A DNA stretch of 63,900 bases, filler included, from Dugesia japonica (taxonomy: Eukaryota): NCBI GenBank assembly GCA_001938525.1. It is 6 parts of 6 records of this genome, joined end to end, with 100 filler letters (N's around TTAATTAATTAA, not from the genome) between each part and the next. Parts side by side here need not be neighbours in the genome. Positions count along the whole stretch, not along the records: positions 33,409 to 45,624 come from MQRL01603496.1; positions 45,725 to 54,155 come from MQRL01597998.1; 4 more parts are not named here. One strand, 5' to 3'. The notes beneath the pieces were generated by a model. The model was not told the origin of the DNA and ran no database searches. It saw nothing but the letters and a program-made list of their open reading frames with translations. The position numbers were made by a program, and so were the translations under genes. Below, piece after piece: positions 36,946 through 48,700 of the stretch; position 1 is the stretch's first letter, and the number at the start of each line of letters is the position of its first letter.

Positions 36946-37948
36946 TTGTCAGATGTCCAGACACAGGCAATACTACAATTATTAGATGAATTCAGGGACA
37001 TTTTTGCGTGGGCTGATGAAGAGCTAGGTATGTGTACGGCTACAATGCACATAATTCCGTTAACAGACGAAACTCCAAGCAAGCAGAAACCATATGCAAT
37101 GACGGTTGAGAAAAAGGAGTTTGCCAACAAACAGAAACAGCTAAATTAGTGAAAGTAGGAGTGATAGAACCTAGCTACTCACCATGGCAGTCGCCAGTAG
37201 TGTTAGTGGATAAGAAAGACGGGACACGGCGATTCTGTATCGATTACAGAAGGTTAAATGCACAAACTAAAANAGATACGTATCCACTGCCAGACATCAA
37301 TGAGTTGTTACAGTTACTGTGTAACGCCAAAATATTAACCACATTGGATTTGCGAAGCGGGTATTGGCAGATACAAATTAAACCAGAAGATGGGGAAAAA
37401 CAGCTTTTTCCAATGGGCAAGGATCTGTACCAAGTTATTCGTATGCCTACTAACGCACCGGCTTCTTTTCAACGAATGATGAATTATGTAACTCATGGTA
37501 TATCCCAATGTATGGCATATATTGACGACTTGCTCATATATTCGCCAACATTTGAAGGACATCTCAATGATTTACGTAGAGTGTTTATCCGTTTACGAAA
37601 ATGGAACTTGAAAGTTAAACCTACCAAGTGTGAGTGGGCTAAGAATAAGGTAACGTATCTCGGACATTTGATATCGGACAAAGGAAAAGAACCTGATCCC
37701 CGAAATACCACGAAAATACGAAATCTAGCGCCCCCAAATAGTGTGCTCAAAATACAAGAATTTCTCGGCCTTGCAAACTACTATCGCAAATTTATTAAGG
37801 ATTTCGCTAAAATTGTGAAACCGATGCAGGAATTGGTCAAACAAGATACTGCATTCATATGGGGACCAGAGCAATAACAATCGTTTGAGACATTACGAGA
37901 CAAATTATTAACTGCACCAATTCTGGTGCACCCAGATTTCAAAAAGCC
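36946..37948 (+). pseudogene. Gypsy reverse transcriptase (frameshift and stop)
   Basis: [63 protein letters not shown]. Confidence 0.95.
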
Positions 37949-38559
37949 ANNNNNNNNNNNNNNNNNNNNNNNNNNNNNNNNNNNNNNNNNNNNNNNNNNN
38001 NNNNNNNNNNNNNNNNNNNNNNNNNNNNNNNNNNNNNNNNNNNNNNNNNNNNNNNNNNNNNNNNNNNNNNNNNNNNNNNNNAACATTTTCGCTCACTCAT
38101 ACATGGACACGAGGTCCTAATCTATACGGATCACCTACCAATCACTTTTATGGCTAAGAAACCATTGCGATGGAATAGAATGGCAAAAGGCAATTGGCAA
38201 TGCAAGATTATTGCCCTCTATTAAAATTTAAAACAGATAAAGCCAACTCAAATGCCGATTGTCGGTCGAGAATCGGTGGACCAGAAGCCACAGAAAGTAT
38301 CCCGAAGATACGGAAACATTTACATTACGTGAATTGTTAGAGAAAAAATTGGGAATGGTATACTTCATATTAGCCGAGGATCGAAATTTCGATGGGCTGA
38401 AACAAGCACAGACTGATGATGAGGAGATCAGGATCATCACAAAATATATGGAAAATTACAATTTAGAGAAGTTAGAATGTGAACCCAAGATGAAAGAGCA
38501 CTTAAAGAAAAACGGAGGTCGTTTTGCAGTCACTAAAGGATGGCTGACTGCTCAGGACG

Positions 38560-39825
38560 GAGAAAATTCTGTATTAGTCATTCCTAAAGCAAGACGAGAT
38601 ACATTACTCGAGCAATATCACATTGGAGGACTAGGAGGAGACATGTCCCATAAGAAAACCGAGTCAAAACTAAGGCAGAAATATTACTGGCCACACATGA
38701 CGGAATCGGTAAAGNNNNNNNNNNNNNNNNNNNNNNNNNNNNNNNNCAGAAGAGGAACTGGTAAACGCGTGAAAGCATTATTCAAAACCAATAGCCGTCC
38801 CCGCCGCACCCATGGAAATAATAGCTATGGACGTAGTTGGACCGTTACCACCAACGCTGAGTGGAAACATTTATATACTAACAATCATGGATTACTTGTC
38901 GAAATTCTCAGAGGCATTCCCTAGGAAAAATCAGAAAGCAACCACCATAGCGGACATCTTGGTACAAAAATTTTTCAGCAGATATGGCACACCCAAGAAG
39001 ATATTAACCGATCAAGGAAAAAACTTTATGAGAAACATATTAGCAGAGATATCGAGCTTCCTCAAAATACACCAGTTACGAACATCACCTTATCATCAAC
39101 AAACAGATGGATTAACGGAAAGATTTAATAAAACTTTAATCAATATGCTGTCTAGTTCTGCACAGAAGGAACAGAATAATTGGGACAAACATATTCAGAT
39201 GTGTCTATTTGCATATCGAATGAGTGTGCATCCTGCCACTAAATACACTTCATTTGGTCTTATGTACGGTAGAGAGTGTAACATGCCAATTGATTTAGAG
39301 TTTCAGCCACCTATAACTCAATACCAAGACGAAACGGATTTCGCTGCAAATTTCAAAGAAACTATGCAGAAAATATGGAAACAGGCCAAGGAGAATGTAG
39401 GATTTTACAAAGAGAGCTATAATGATTTGCACGATAGAACGGCAACGCAACACTCATTTAAAAAAGGCGACATGGTATTGATCAATTTACCGGACATTTG
39501 TGTTGGCACTACATCGAAATTAAAAAGGCCATGGCAAGGACCATACGAAGTAATCGAAGTGACTGAAACCAACTTCAAAGTTCGAAGGAAGGGGAATCTA
39601 TTAGAGAAACCAAAAATATACCACGCCAACCTATGCAAAAAGGCAGCAACGACGGAAGAAATTGCGCCAACCACAAGTATTGCACTCATTACGACGGAAC
39701 ATAGAAGGCCAGGTAGGCCACGTAAGTCGGAAAATCTAGTGTCAAATATATCGCATAGTTACCCATTACGATCACAACAAGCTATGATGATACTTGAGAA
39801 GCATCAAGCCCAGTATTCGTATTAA
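38560..39825 (+). pseudogene. Gypsy integrase (zinc finger, DDE core, GPY/F, C-terminal AT-hook)
   Basis: YH..LRQKYYWPHM, IAMDVVGP, ILTDQGKNF, DGLTERFNKT, WQGPYEV, RRPGRPRK. Confidence 0.95.
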
Positions 39826-39851
39826 GTCAGTTAAGCCATCGAGTTAAAGCA

Positions 39852-40280
39852 ATGGGTACCAAGATAATCTATCCTATAATTCCACGAGGAACACAGACAC
39901 CGGTACTTGAGAACTGTTGTACGCACTTCTCTCGAGTGACATGCCCAATCTCACCAAATCTAATCGAGGCAAGTTGCCTACCATGCATACGGAAAATTCA
40001 ATCAATTTTAAAATCAGCGTTGCGGGAAATTGCTGGTCGCAGATTTGGGTTGTTGCAACAAGATGAGCTCAGTGGAAGACGTTGTAAGAAAATGCATGAT
40101 AAGCTGACAGTTCAAGTGCCATTGACACCCGACTAATTACATACTCTATGCGAACGTTGTGTCAGTATTTATAACGAAACCCTCACTCGAGCTATTGAAA
40201 ATTTCCATACAATATTAATAATATGGGACTGATTGGTATTATGGTCTTAACCAGTGGACCCCCCGCCATGGAGTGGTTTA
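39852..40280 (+). CDS. Accessory ORF, Cys/His domain copy 1 (one internal stop)
   Basis: CTHFSRVTCPI..CLPC..C..VQVPL..*LHTLCERCVSIY..FHTILIIW. Confidence 0.6.
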
Positions 40281-40378
40281 GAATCATTATTAAGGAAAAG
40301 AAGTCTCAGCGAGAACGCTGAGTCTGAAGAAGATGGAAAGGGGAACTAGCGGAGAAAGATGTTAATTCAGAACTGAAA

Positions 40379-41773
40379 ATGGACATGCAAACAAAAGACG
40401 ATGAAAAGATAGAAACGGAGTTACAGAAAATAACGAAGTTTTTGAAAGATGACGCATTAAAATATGCAAACAAACAAAGAAAAGAAAGGAGAATGAAAGA
40501 TAGTTTGGCTTCACGTCGGGAGTTTCATACTAAAATCGGCAACGAAAACACGGACACTAGAAATATTGCACTAGCTACCAAGGAATTGAATTGTTCAGAT
40601 AAACTAGTTACGCCTAAAATAACTAAGACAACAAATATTAATCATCTATCTCAAACTCAAACAACATTATCTATGATTAATGATAAATCAGTTACTATAT
40701 CACGATACATTACAATTGTATCTTTTGGTTTAGATAATCGAACGCGTCGACTACTTGCAATCGAGGCTATGAACGCCACTACATGTTATACGATCAAGTA
40801 CCAGGGAAGCCGGACACCAAGATCCGAAGAAAGTTGTAATCACATTACCCATATAACCTGTCCGCTGTCGGCACATCAATTGGAAGAGAAGTGTTCACAA
40901 TGTGTTAAGCAAACACAAATGATATTAAAAGAGGCATTAAAGGCCATTTACGATCAAAGAGCATGGTTATCCAAAAAAGAAAATTGGTTCAGGAAAGACT
41001 GTGATGAGTCACGAATTAAAACACCAATTCAAGTACCAATTCGTCAATCTGTTGTCAAAAAATTATGCATGCCATGCACAGATATTTATAGTCAGGAATT
41101 ATTAGCGTCAACTCATGTATTTCACCATACATTAGTACAATGGAACTGGATTCGAGTTTATGAACCATTGGAGATCCAATTGCCATGGGTCATGGTCGAA
41201 CCAACTATCCAAAGTAAACAAAAGCTAAAAAATATGGCATCACTAGACATACAATCAGATAAATTGGCTCGTAGGAAATCGAAACCAATCAATATCACGA
41301 ATCCTCAGGAAGGGTTACAAAAACAAGTAAAATTGATGAGAGAAGCATTTCAAGGTCAATGGGATAGAATGGAGGAAAAAGAAAGACAATTAGTCAGAAT
41401 AACGCCTGGAACGGTGAGAAAAATGAAAATGACATTAGTACAAGATGGGGTGGATCGAACAGAACCAAGACAATCAGAAAACAAATTATCACAAGAAAAC
41501 AAGAACGTGTTTACATTTGGAAATCATAGTCAAAATATCTCTGTTGTTATGGGCAGTAATCAACACAAGTTGGGACTATGGTATATAAATTTGGTTAACA
41601 ATGAAAATTATCAGAAATATTGGAAGAGGACTTCCTATAGCACTATGCATTATGAGGAAAATCGATTTCCTCAAGCAATATATATCCGACCTTTTTCTTC
41701 AATTAGGAAACCCTTCCTGGGTCCAATGGGACGACAACGACGATGTCGCCGCCTTCAATTTTTTGATAGCTGA
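40379..41773 (+). CDS. 464-aa accessory ORF containing Cys/His domain copy 2 and coiled coils
   Basis: CNHITHITCPL..CSQC..C..IQVPI..LCMPCTDIY..FHHTLVQW. Long uninterrupted ORF in AT-rich DNA. Confidence 0.7.
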   Translation: MDMQTKDDEKIETELQKITKFLKDDALKYANKQRKERRMKDSLASRREFHTKIGNENTDTRNIALATKELNCSDKLVTPKITKTTNINHLSQTQTTLSMINDKSVTISRYITIVSFGLDNRTRRLLAIEAMNATTCYTIKYQGSRTPRSEESCNHITHITCPLSAHQLEEKCSQCVKQTQMILKEALKAIYDQRAWLSKKENWFRKDCDESRIKTPIQVPIRQSVVKKLCMPCTDIYSQELLASTHVFHHTLVQWNWIRVYEPLEIQLPWVMVEPTIQSKQKLKNMASLDIQSDKLARRKSKPINITNPQEGLQKQVKLMREAFQGQWDRMEEKERQLVRITPGTVRKMKMTLVQDGVDRTEPRQSENKLSQENKNVFTFGNHSQNISVVMGSNQHKLGLWYINLVNNENYQKYWKRTSYSTMHYEENRFPQAIYIRPFSSIRKPFLGPMGRQRRCRRLQFFDS

Positions 41774-41828
41774 TCCAGACCAGTGGTTAGACCCTGGCGT
41801 ATTAGACGAAATAGAAATGTCATCTTAA
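41650..41828 (+). CDS. C-terminal part of LTR-borne conserved ORF
   Basis: RKIDFLKQYISDL..GNPSWVQWDDNDDVAAFNF..QWLDP aligns with the ORF at 16818-17200. Confidence 0.7.
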
Positions 41829-42055
41829 TAAATGTTTTCGAGTACCTTTGGTTTAAATTTTATGTGTAGGTTAAGGGAAAATCGTGAACCCAAATAAAAA
41901 GGCCTGTTGGCGCATACCTCCCATTAAGAGAGAGGTCAACCACCATATGCTGAATACCTAACCTGGGGGCGTTAGGTTAATTCTTGAAAGGGTCCCCTGA
42001 GGGCTGTTTTTCTACAGCCACACTTTTCTTCATCCAACTCAGGTGGCACCCCAAC

Positions 42056-42110
<55 letters not shown>
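42056..42110. repeat. (AAT)n microsatellite (others at ~50705-50770 and ~51718-51910)
   Basis: Direct reading. Confidence 0.95.
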
Positions 42111-42289
42111 NNNNNNNNNNNNNNNNNNNNNNNNNNNNNNNNNNNNNNNNNNNNNNNNNNNNNNNNNNNNNNAACACAAATTATTTAATGTTTTTAAATA
42201 AATTTATAAATATAAACGTGTTTTGTATGAAAGTATTCAAGTGAGTTGAGTTGAGTTGATACTATAAATAGATATTACTCAATGATACA

Positions 42290-43200
42290 GTCAAATTTCG
42301 AATTTGTGGTCTAAACGTTTTTCGGTCAATTTTTATTGTATGGTTGCAAATTTGGTATGTTTGAACTTGGAATTAAAATCTCTATATAGATTTCAAGTTA
42401 CTTTTGTCGAAGCATTTTGGGTTCTAGAGATAAAGGTACTAGCGCACTAAACCAGTTTGACTTTGGTTTAGAAATTTCTCGGGCTATTATAATCCTATGG
42501 TGATAGTTTTCGTATGTGTGGACTCAGAATAAAATACTGAACATATTTTGTTTAGAGTTAACTGTAATAGAATTCATGGTCGAGAAAATAATATAATCAT
42601 AATTAATTATAATTATAATCAAAATAATAACAATTTGTAAAATATTTTTATACTATTCAACTCAGAATTAAAAACTATAAAATTATAACTTTACTTTTTT
42701 CAAAACATGCTTGGTTCTCTCAGAAAAGTTAATAGCACACTAAACCATACCCCCGTAGTGTTTTTCAAGATTATAAATGCTTCCTTCTATATGAAAATCA
42801 AAATTTTTAATTAAAAATTTCAATAATTTATTTCTCGGTGAAAAATTATCGTATGAGGTTGAATTTTCTATAGGTATTCTTAGAATTAAAAGTTCTTTAT
42901 TTGCTATATAGGGTTAGTTATATAAACATGCATAGTTCTCTCAGAAAAGTTACTAGTGCACTAAAATTCTTTCATTTTGGTTTATAAATTTTCCAGCCTA
43001 TATTTATCGTATGAGTACAGAATAGTGTCATCAAACTCCGAATCATAATCTGTCTATACATTGTCTGAAGGACTTATAATTATAAATTCTTGGTTCTCGA
43101 AATAAATAATAATTATTGATTATACTTGTAATTATAATATTTATTATTTTTAAATCATAAAAATTAGAATAAGGAACTGTCTATATATTGCTTCATGAAC
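42290..43200. repeat. Diverged tandem copies of a dispersed repeat
   Basis: GGTTCTCTCAGAAAAG..TAGCGCACTAAA and CTCAGAATTAAAA motifs repeated. Related to 22790-23070 and 50950-51230. Confidence 0.55.
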
Positions 43201-43507
43201 TACTATCGAAAAATGCTTTCTTCTTGATGAAAAACTATTAAAACATTTCCATATGTTTTTCATTGTTTAAGTCATTTGAATTAATTATAATTTTAAAATT
43301 TTGAAATTATTTTTATTAATAACTTTATAAATAAGTACAAAATTTACCATATATAAAATACACAATAACATAATAAAAATTATAAATACGAAACAGTAAA
43401 TTTTACAATATAACATAATAAAAATTTTAGAAAAGTAAATTTTACAACATAAACTAGAAAAACTTTAATTAAATTTAAATTTGCCTATAATTACCCTATA
43501 AAATTTA

Positions 43508-45160
43508 AGATTTCATTAAAATAAAGAAAAAGCTTCGATCAGAATAAAATGTATTTTTAAAGAAATTCAAATTTTCGACACTTCTCTACTTCAGGAGTAT
43601 GATGACTCTTTGATAGATTCAAAACGATAATATTTTATCAAAATTTTATTGGTCTAAAATTTTTTTTTTAAATTGAATCTCAAAAAATATTTTTTAATTA
43701 AATTGATTTGAAAAAAACAAATATACTAAAATATTAAAATAAAATTATTTTTCTATCAACTTCTAATAAACATTCAAAAGCTTCTCCAATTCATATCGAA
43801 AATTTTATCAATATTTTTTCATTTTTTACTAAAAATTGTTTTTAAATTTTATCTATTTACATTGAAACTGATACTAATTTCTTTAAAATTTTAATTATTG
43901 TAATTATTGAAAATCACATTAATCTTAGGTTTCCTCAATAATTAATATTTGTTCATGTTTTTTTGAAGTGTAGAAATGTAGCCTGTTCCTAATGTTTTCC
44001 ATGTAATATGATGTTTTTCAGGTAAAATTTTGTGTTTCTGTTGATAGGGTTTGTAGACTTTACTTTTTTTCTGTTTGAGATGTTCCTTAAGTCTTTAACG
44101 GTTGGTTATGTATGTTTCTCCTATACATGTATATGTGATCGAAAAAAGTAGTCTGGAAATGGGTAACAATTTGTCTCCTATTTTAGCGATAACTTTTATG
44201 AACTACATTGAAAAAAAAATTATTCTCAAAGCTTAGAAGAAGATACATATATGGTTCAAATATATATATGATATTTTCTTTGTTACTAATTTTCCTTTAG
44301 AAAATGTTTTGGAACTAGTTAATAGTATTACTGATAACATAAAATTCACTTTAGAGAAGTCAATCGACTTTCACATTCATTTTCTGGGCACATTAATCCA
44401 AAAGAAACCTGGTGAATTATTAACTAATCATTTCACACATTTTTATCACAATGGACATATATTATCCTAAAGTAGTAATACTACTATCAAACAGAAAATT
44501 GGAATAATCAAGGGTGAAAGAATAAGAGCTGAAACACTCTCTTCAAATGAAGAAATGAGATTGATTTCCCTCAGGTATATAAAAATTAAATTTCTAAATA
44601 ATGTTTATNNNNNNNNNNNNNNNNNNNNNNNNNNNNNNNNNNNNNNNNNNNNNNNNNNNNNNNNNNNNNNNNNNNNNNNNNNNNNNNNNNNNNNTTTATT
44701 AAAAATTCTTTAGTAAAAAACGAAATAAATTTGATAAAAATATTTTTTATATGAATTGGTAGAAGCTTTTGAATGTTTAGTAAAATTTGATAGAAAAATA
44801 ATTTTATTTTAATATGTTAATATTTTAATGTTTATATATTTTAATGTTTATATATTTTAATGTTTTAATATTTTAATATATTTGTTTTTTAAACATTTGA
44901 GAGATTTTCAAATCAATTTAATTAAAAAATATTTNNNNNNNNNNNNNNNAAAAAAAAGATTTTAGACCAATAAAATTTTGATAAAATATCGTTTTAAATC
45001 TATCAAAAAGTCATCATTCCTGAATAAGACAAGTGTCGAAAATTTGAATTTCTTTAAAAATACGTTTTATTCTGGTCGAAGCTTTTTCTTTATTTTAATT
45101 AAATCTCAAATGCGATCAACGGTTAAGTCCAACAATTATTCTTGCAATAATTGTAATTAG
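43508..45160. mobile_element. Penelope insertion with 5' inversion and inverted pLTR-like arms
   Basis: Arms 43508-43835 and 44705-45106 are inverted. GIY-YIG fragment (-) at ~43920-44130; RT (+) LEMGNNLSPILAITFMNYIE and WFKYIYDIF at ~44150-44590. Confidence 0.75.
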
Positions 45161-45740
45161 AAAATATAAAATTTAAAATTAACAAAAAACTTTACATTAT
45201 AAAATATGAAAATTTCAAAAATTTTAAAAATCATTATTTATACAACAAGATTTATTTAATACAATATTGCTTCTTTATAACAAATCTTTTTCTGTACACA
45301 CACCAGGGCTATATTTGAACCTTGATAGTCTAAAAATAAAATACAAATAATAATTAATTAAATAATTTAATTGAATTGATTGATTGGATTGAGCAACCAC
45401 TGAGACNAAATACCACATATTATGTAATAAATGGTGTCCATATGTTATGCCTATGTTCTTATCAACCCAAAATCTCTTATCATGATTATATATCAGTGCT
45501 ACTTTGGGATCCTTGAAACTATACAAGTGATGATTTTTAGTACCTATCCTGAATTGGTTCGCCGAAATACTTTCATTATTATTATAGCAATCCGAATACG
45601 ACTGATGTGTAATTTCAGTATCTCNNNNNNNNNNNNNNNNNNNNNNNNNNNNNNNNNNNNNNNNNNNNTTAATTAATTAANNNNNNNNNNNNNNNNNNNN
45701 NNNNNNNNNNNNNNNNNNNNNNNNCAAATTAAAGTGTTAC

Positions 45741-48700
45741 CACATGTTTTCTTGCATATTTTTGCAACACTAGGATTGGTACACATATCTTTCATATCAG
45801 GACAAACTGTTGGTTCAGCTAAATAACAACAAATAAATCGCAAATTTAATAACAATTTATGAGAAGTCTACTGCTTATTAATGTAGACGATGCTGATGAA
45901 CCGCTTGTAGAAGATTTGGAAGTTGTTGAAGATGCTGAATTTTCATTTTTTTACTTAAATTTTTATTGAAATAGTTACCGCAAGTCTTTTTGCAAATCTT
46001 TGCAACACCGGGAATGGTACACATGTCTTTCATATTTGGACAAACTGTTGGTTCAGCTGTAAAAAAATAAAAATAATAAAAAAAATAAAAATAATAAAAA
46101 TACCATAATTGAATTTAATTTATTTGTAGTTTCACTTTATAATATTTTTACTTTTCACCGATTTTATAATTTGAAGTCTATAAATTTTTAGAACAAGCAA
46201 TCGGAATTATATTAAGTTAATATTAATAATATTGTCTACTCAATGATTGTTGGTAAGAACATAAAACAAAACTAAATGTTAGTTGATAAATTAATCAAGT
46301 AATTGTCATCAGGAAAATTGTAACAAGAATCAATAAAAATGTATGGAAATTAAAATACCTTTTAAACTTTAACAAGAACCATCAGAAAAGAAAGATTTTA
46401 ATAACATACATGAAGTAAGATATGCTTCAAATACCTAATTACAAATGCTTCATTAGACATTGATTTCAAATACTAAAATACGTTTTAAACATTTTAAAAT
46501 GGATAATTATGTTATCAATTTGTTAGAAATGAATTGCTGTAGAAGTAGAAATATTTAATTAATTAATAGCAATATTAACTTAATATTTAATATTTAATTT
46601 AATATAATATTACAGATATGAGATGTAGAGAGACATGTTCAATGGATTCATTCCAGTTCAATACTTGATAACAGAGCAGGATATTTTGCGTTGTCCGGAT
46701 AGTTTGTGCCCATTTTCAATTAGTGGAATTAAAACAAGTTTTAATCTTTTCATAATGATTTGTTTTGATTTTTTTATAATGCAATTCTATATTATACGTA
46801 TTGAAATTGTTTGTGTTTTTAAAATCTTTAAATGTGTGTATCTTTAAAACGAGACGACCTAGAAAAAAGTGTTACTATCTAATTATTCATAAAATAAGGC
46901 AAAGAATAATTCTTTAAATCTTTGCCCCATGTTTAACAAACACCCTGTATATATATTCTACATATATATAAATATTATATATATTTATTTATTTATTTAT
47001 TTAAATATATTCTATTATCATTATATTAATAATGATAAAATGATTTGTTTAAATGATCATCGAAATTATTACACCAATTTTTATAATGAAGAAAATAAAA
47101 TTATAGGTATTTTGTACTTTTCTTTTACTGGAAAGGTAAAAATGCTAAACCAGCATGAAACAAAACATGCGATGTTTATGGTAAAGGTGCTTTATATGAG
47201 AGAACTGTTCGGAATGGTTTGCTAGATTTAAAATTGGTGATTTGAATCTTCGTGATAAGGAATATCTGGGTTGATTCAGTACCACTGATAAAAATGAGAT
47301 CCAAATACTTATAGAGAATAATCCACACTATATGACACGTGAATTAACGGACATATTAAATATACCAAAAACTAAGATCCATGAGCATTTATTTGGAGTT
47401 TATTGCATAAACCATTTATTTATAAAGAACTTGATTAATTGCATCAACATCAGCGATTCGTTAAAAAACGCAACTAGGTGACAATGTTTTTGAAGCAATT
47501 AGTGACATGAGATAAGAAATGGATAATTTTTAATAATGTTCAGCAGTTAAGATCCTCGGGAAAGTGAATAGCATCACCATTAATCACCTCTAAAGTTGGT
47601 CTTAATTCGAAAAAGGTTATGTTTTGTGTCTGGTGGGTCTGGCAAGTAAGTTTATTTAATGAACTTCTACCAATTAATCAGACAATAAATTCCAAAAAGC
47701 TCGTTTGCAATTAAACGAATTAAACAAACAATCGGGAAGGAGTCGTGTTTCATTTGGAAAATGCGCACATTTATGTATTTGGCTACTAGCAAAAATGTTT
47801 TTTGAGCTCGGTTTGCCATTTTTCCCCATACGCCTTATTGACATCATATTGCACTCACAGGTTTAAGCTTATTTAGGTCCTTGTGAAATTCTATTAATGG
47901 CACAGGTTTTAGCTGTTTGGTGAATAAAATATAGTTTTGATATATTTATTTCGTCGGAAAACCTGATAAATTCTGGAAGAATGGAATATTTAAGTTGCAT
48001 GAACGATGGAAAGGCTTGTAGAATAAAATGACAGCTATGTAATTTAATAAATGTATTTTNAAAAAANAAATTATCTGATTTCTTCTTTGAAATTCTCAGT
48101 ATTAATTTNCATTCNTTTGAGTATTCAAACAAACATAGTTATTTCATAATGTTTTTCTTTAAAAAAATTAAACGAAGAATATCTTAGTTAAAGTTTTAAA
48201 ATTGAATTTTTATTATTTAGAAATTAAAATACTGCTTATTATTGTTGACGATATTGAAGATCCACTTGTTGAAGACTTTGAAGTTGTAGAAGATGCTAAA
48301 TTGCCAATTATAATCTTTTAAATTTGCAATTTATTTATTTACCACATGTTTTTTTACATAGCTTCGCTACACTAGGATTGGTGCACATTTCTTTCATATC
48401 GGGACAAACTGTTGGTTCAGCTTGATAACAATTTTAATAAATAAAATTATGGAAAAAATAATAAATAACGCTATTTTAAATAAAGATTTTTTTGTGATAT
48501 ACTTCGAAGAATCAACCGTTATCATAAAACAAAATGAAAAAAATGAGATTATTCAGTCGGTATTATTAATAAAGATTTAATCAATTATACTGAATATTAA
48601 ATAGCTATAATAAAAAACTAATGAATTTTTATTATAGCTATTTAATATTCAGTATAATTGATAAACTATAATAAAACATTTAAATAAAACATTTAAAACA

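Larger units (their letters stand above)
35405..42056 (+). mobile_element. Ty3/gypsy LTR retrotransposon (5'-truncated, decayed) with accessory ORFs
   Basis: Order: gag tail, PR, PR, dUTPase-like spacer, RT, (RNase H in gap), IN, extra ORFs. Ends ...GGCACCCCAACA next to (AAT)n. Confidence 0.9.

Noticed and set aside
35429-39689. Antisense ORFs over the gypsy pol
   Set aside because: Shadow ORFs of the coding strand.
42042-42110. Non-LTR-type 3' tail or PBS (TGGCACCCCAAC + (AAT)n)
   Set aside because: The homologous end at 16564 stops at CAACA with a 4-bp TSD and no tail, so this is an LTR end beside a microsatellite.
41977-42244. Poly-L/N/I ORFs (also 50601-50786 and 51693-51914)
   Set aside because: Translations of (AAT)n microsatellites and N gaps.
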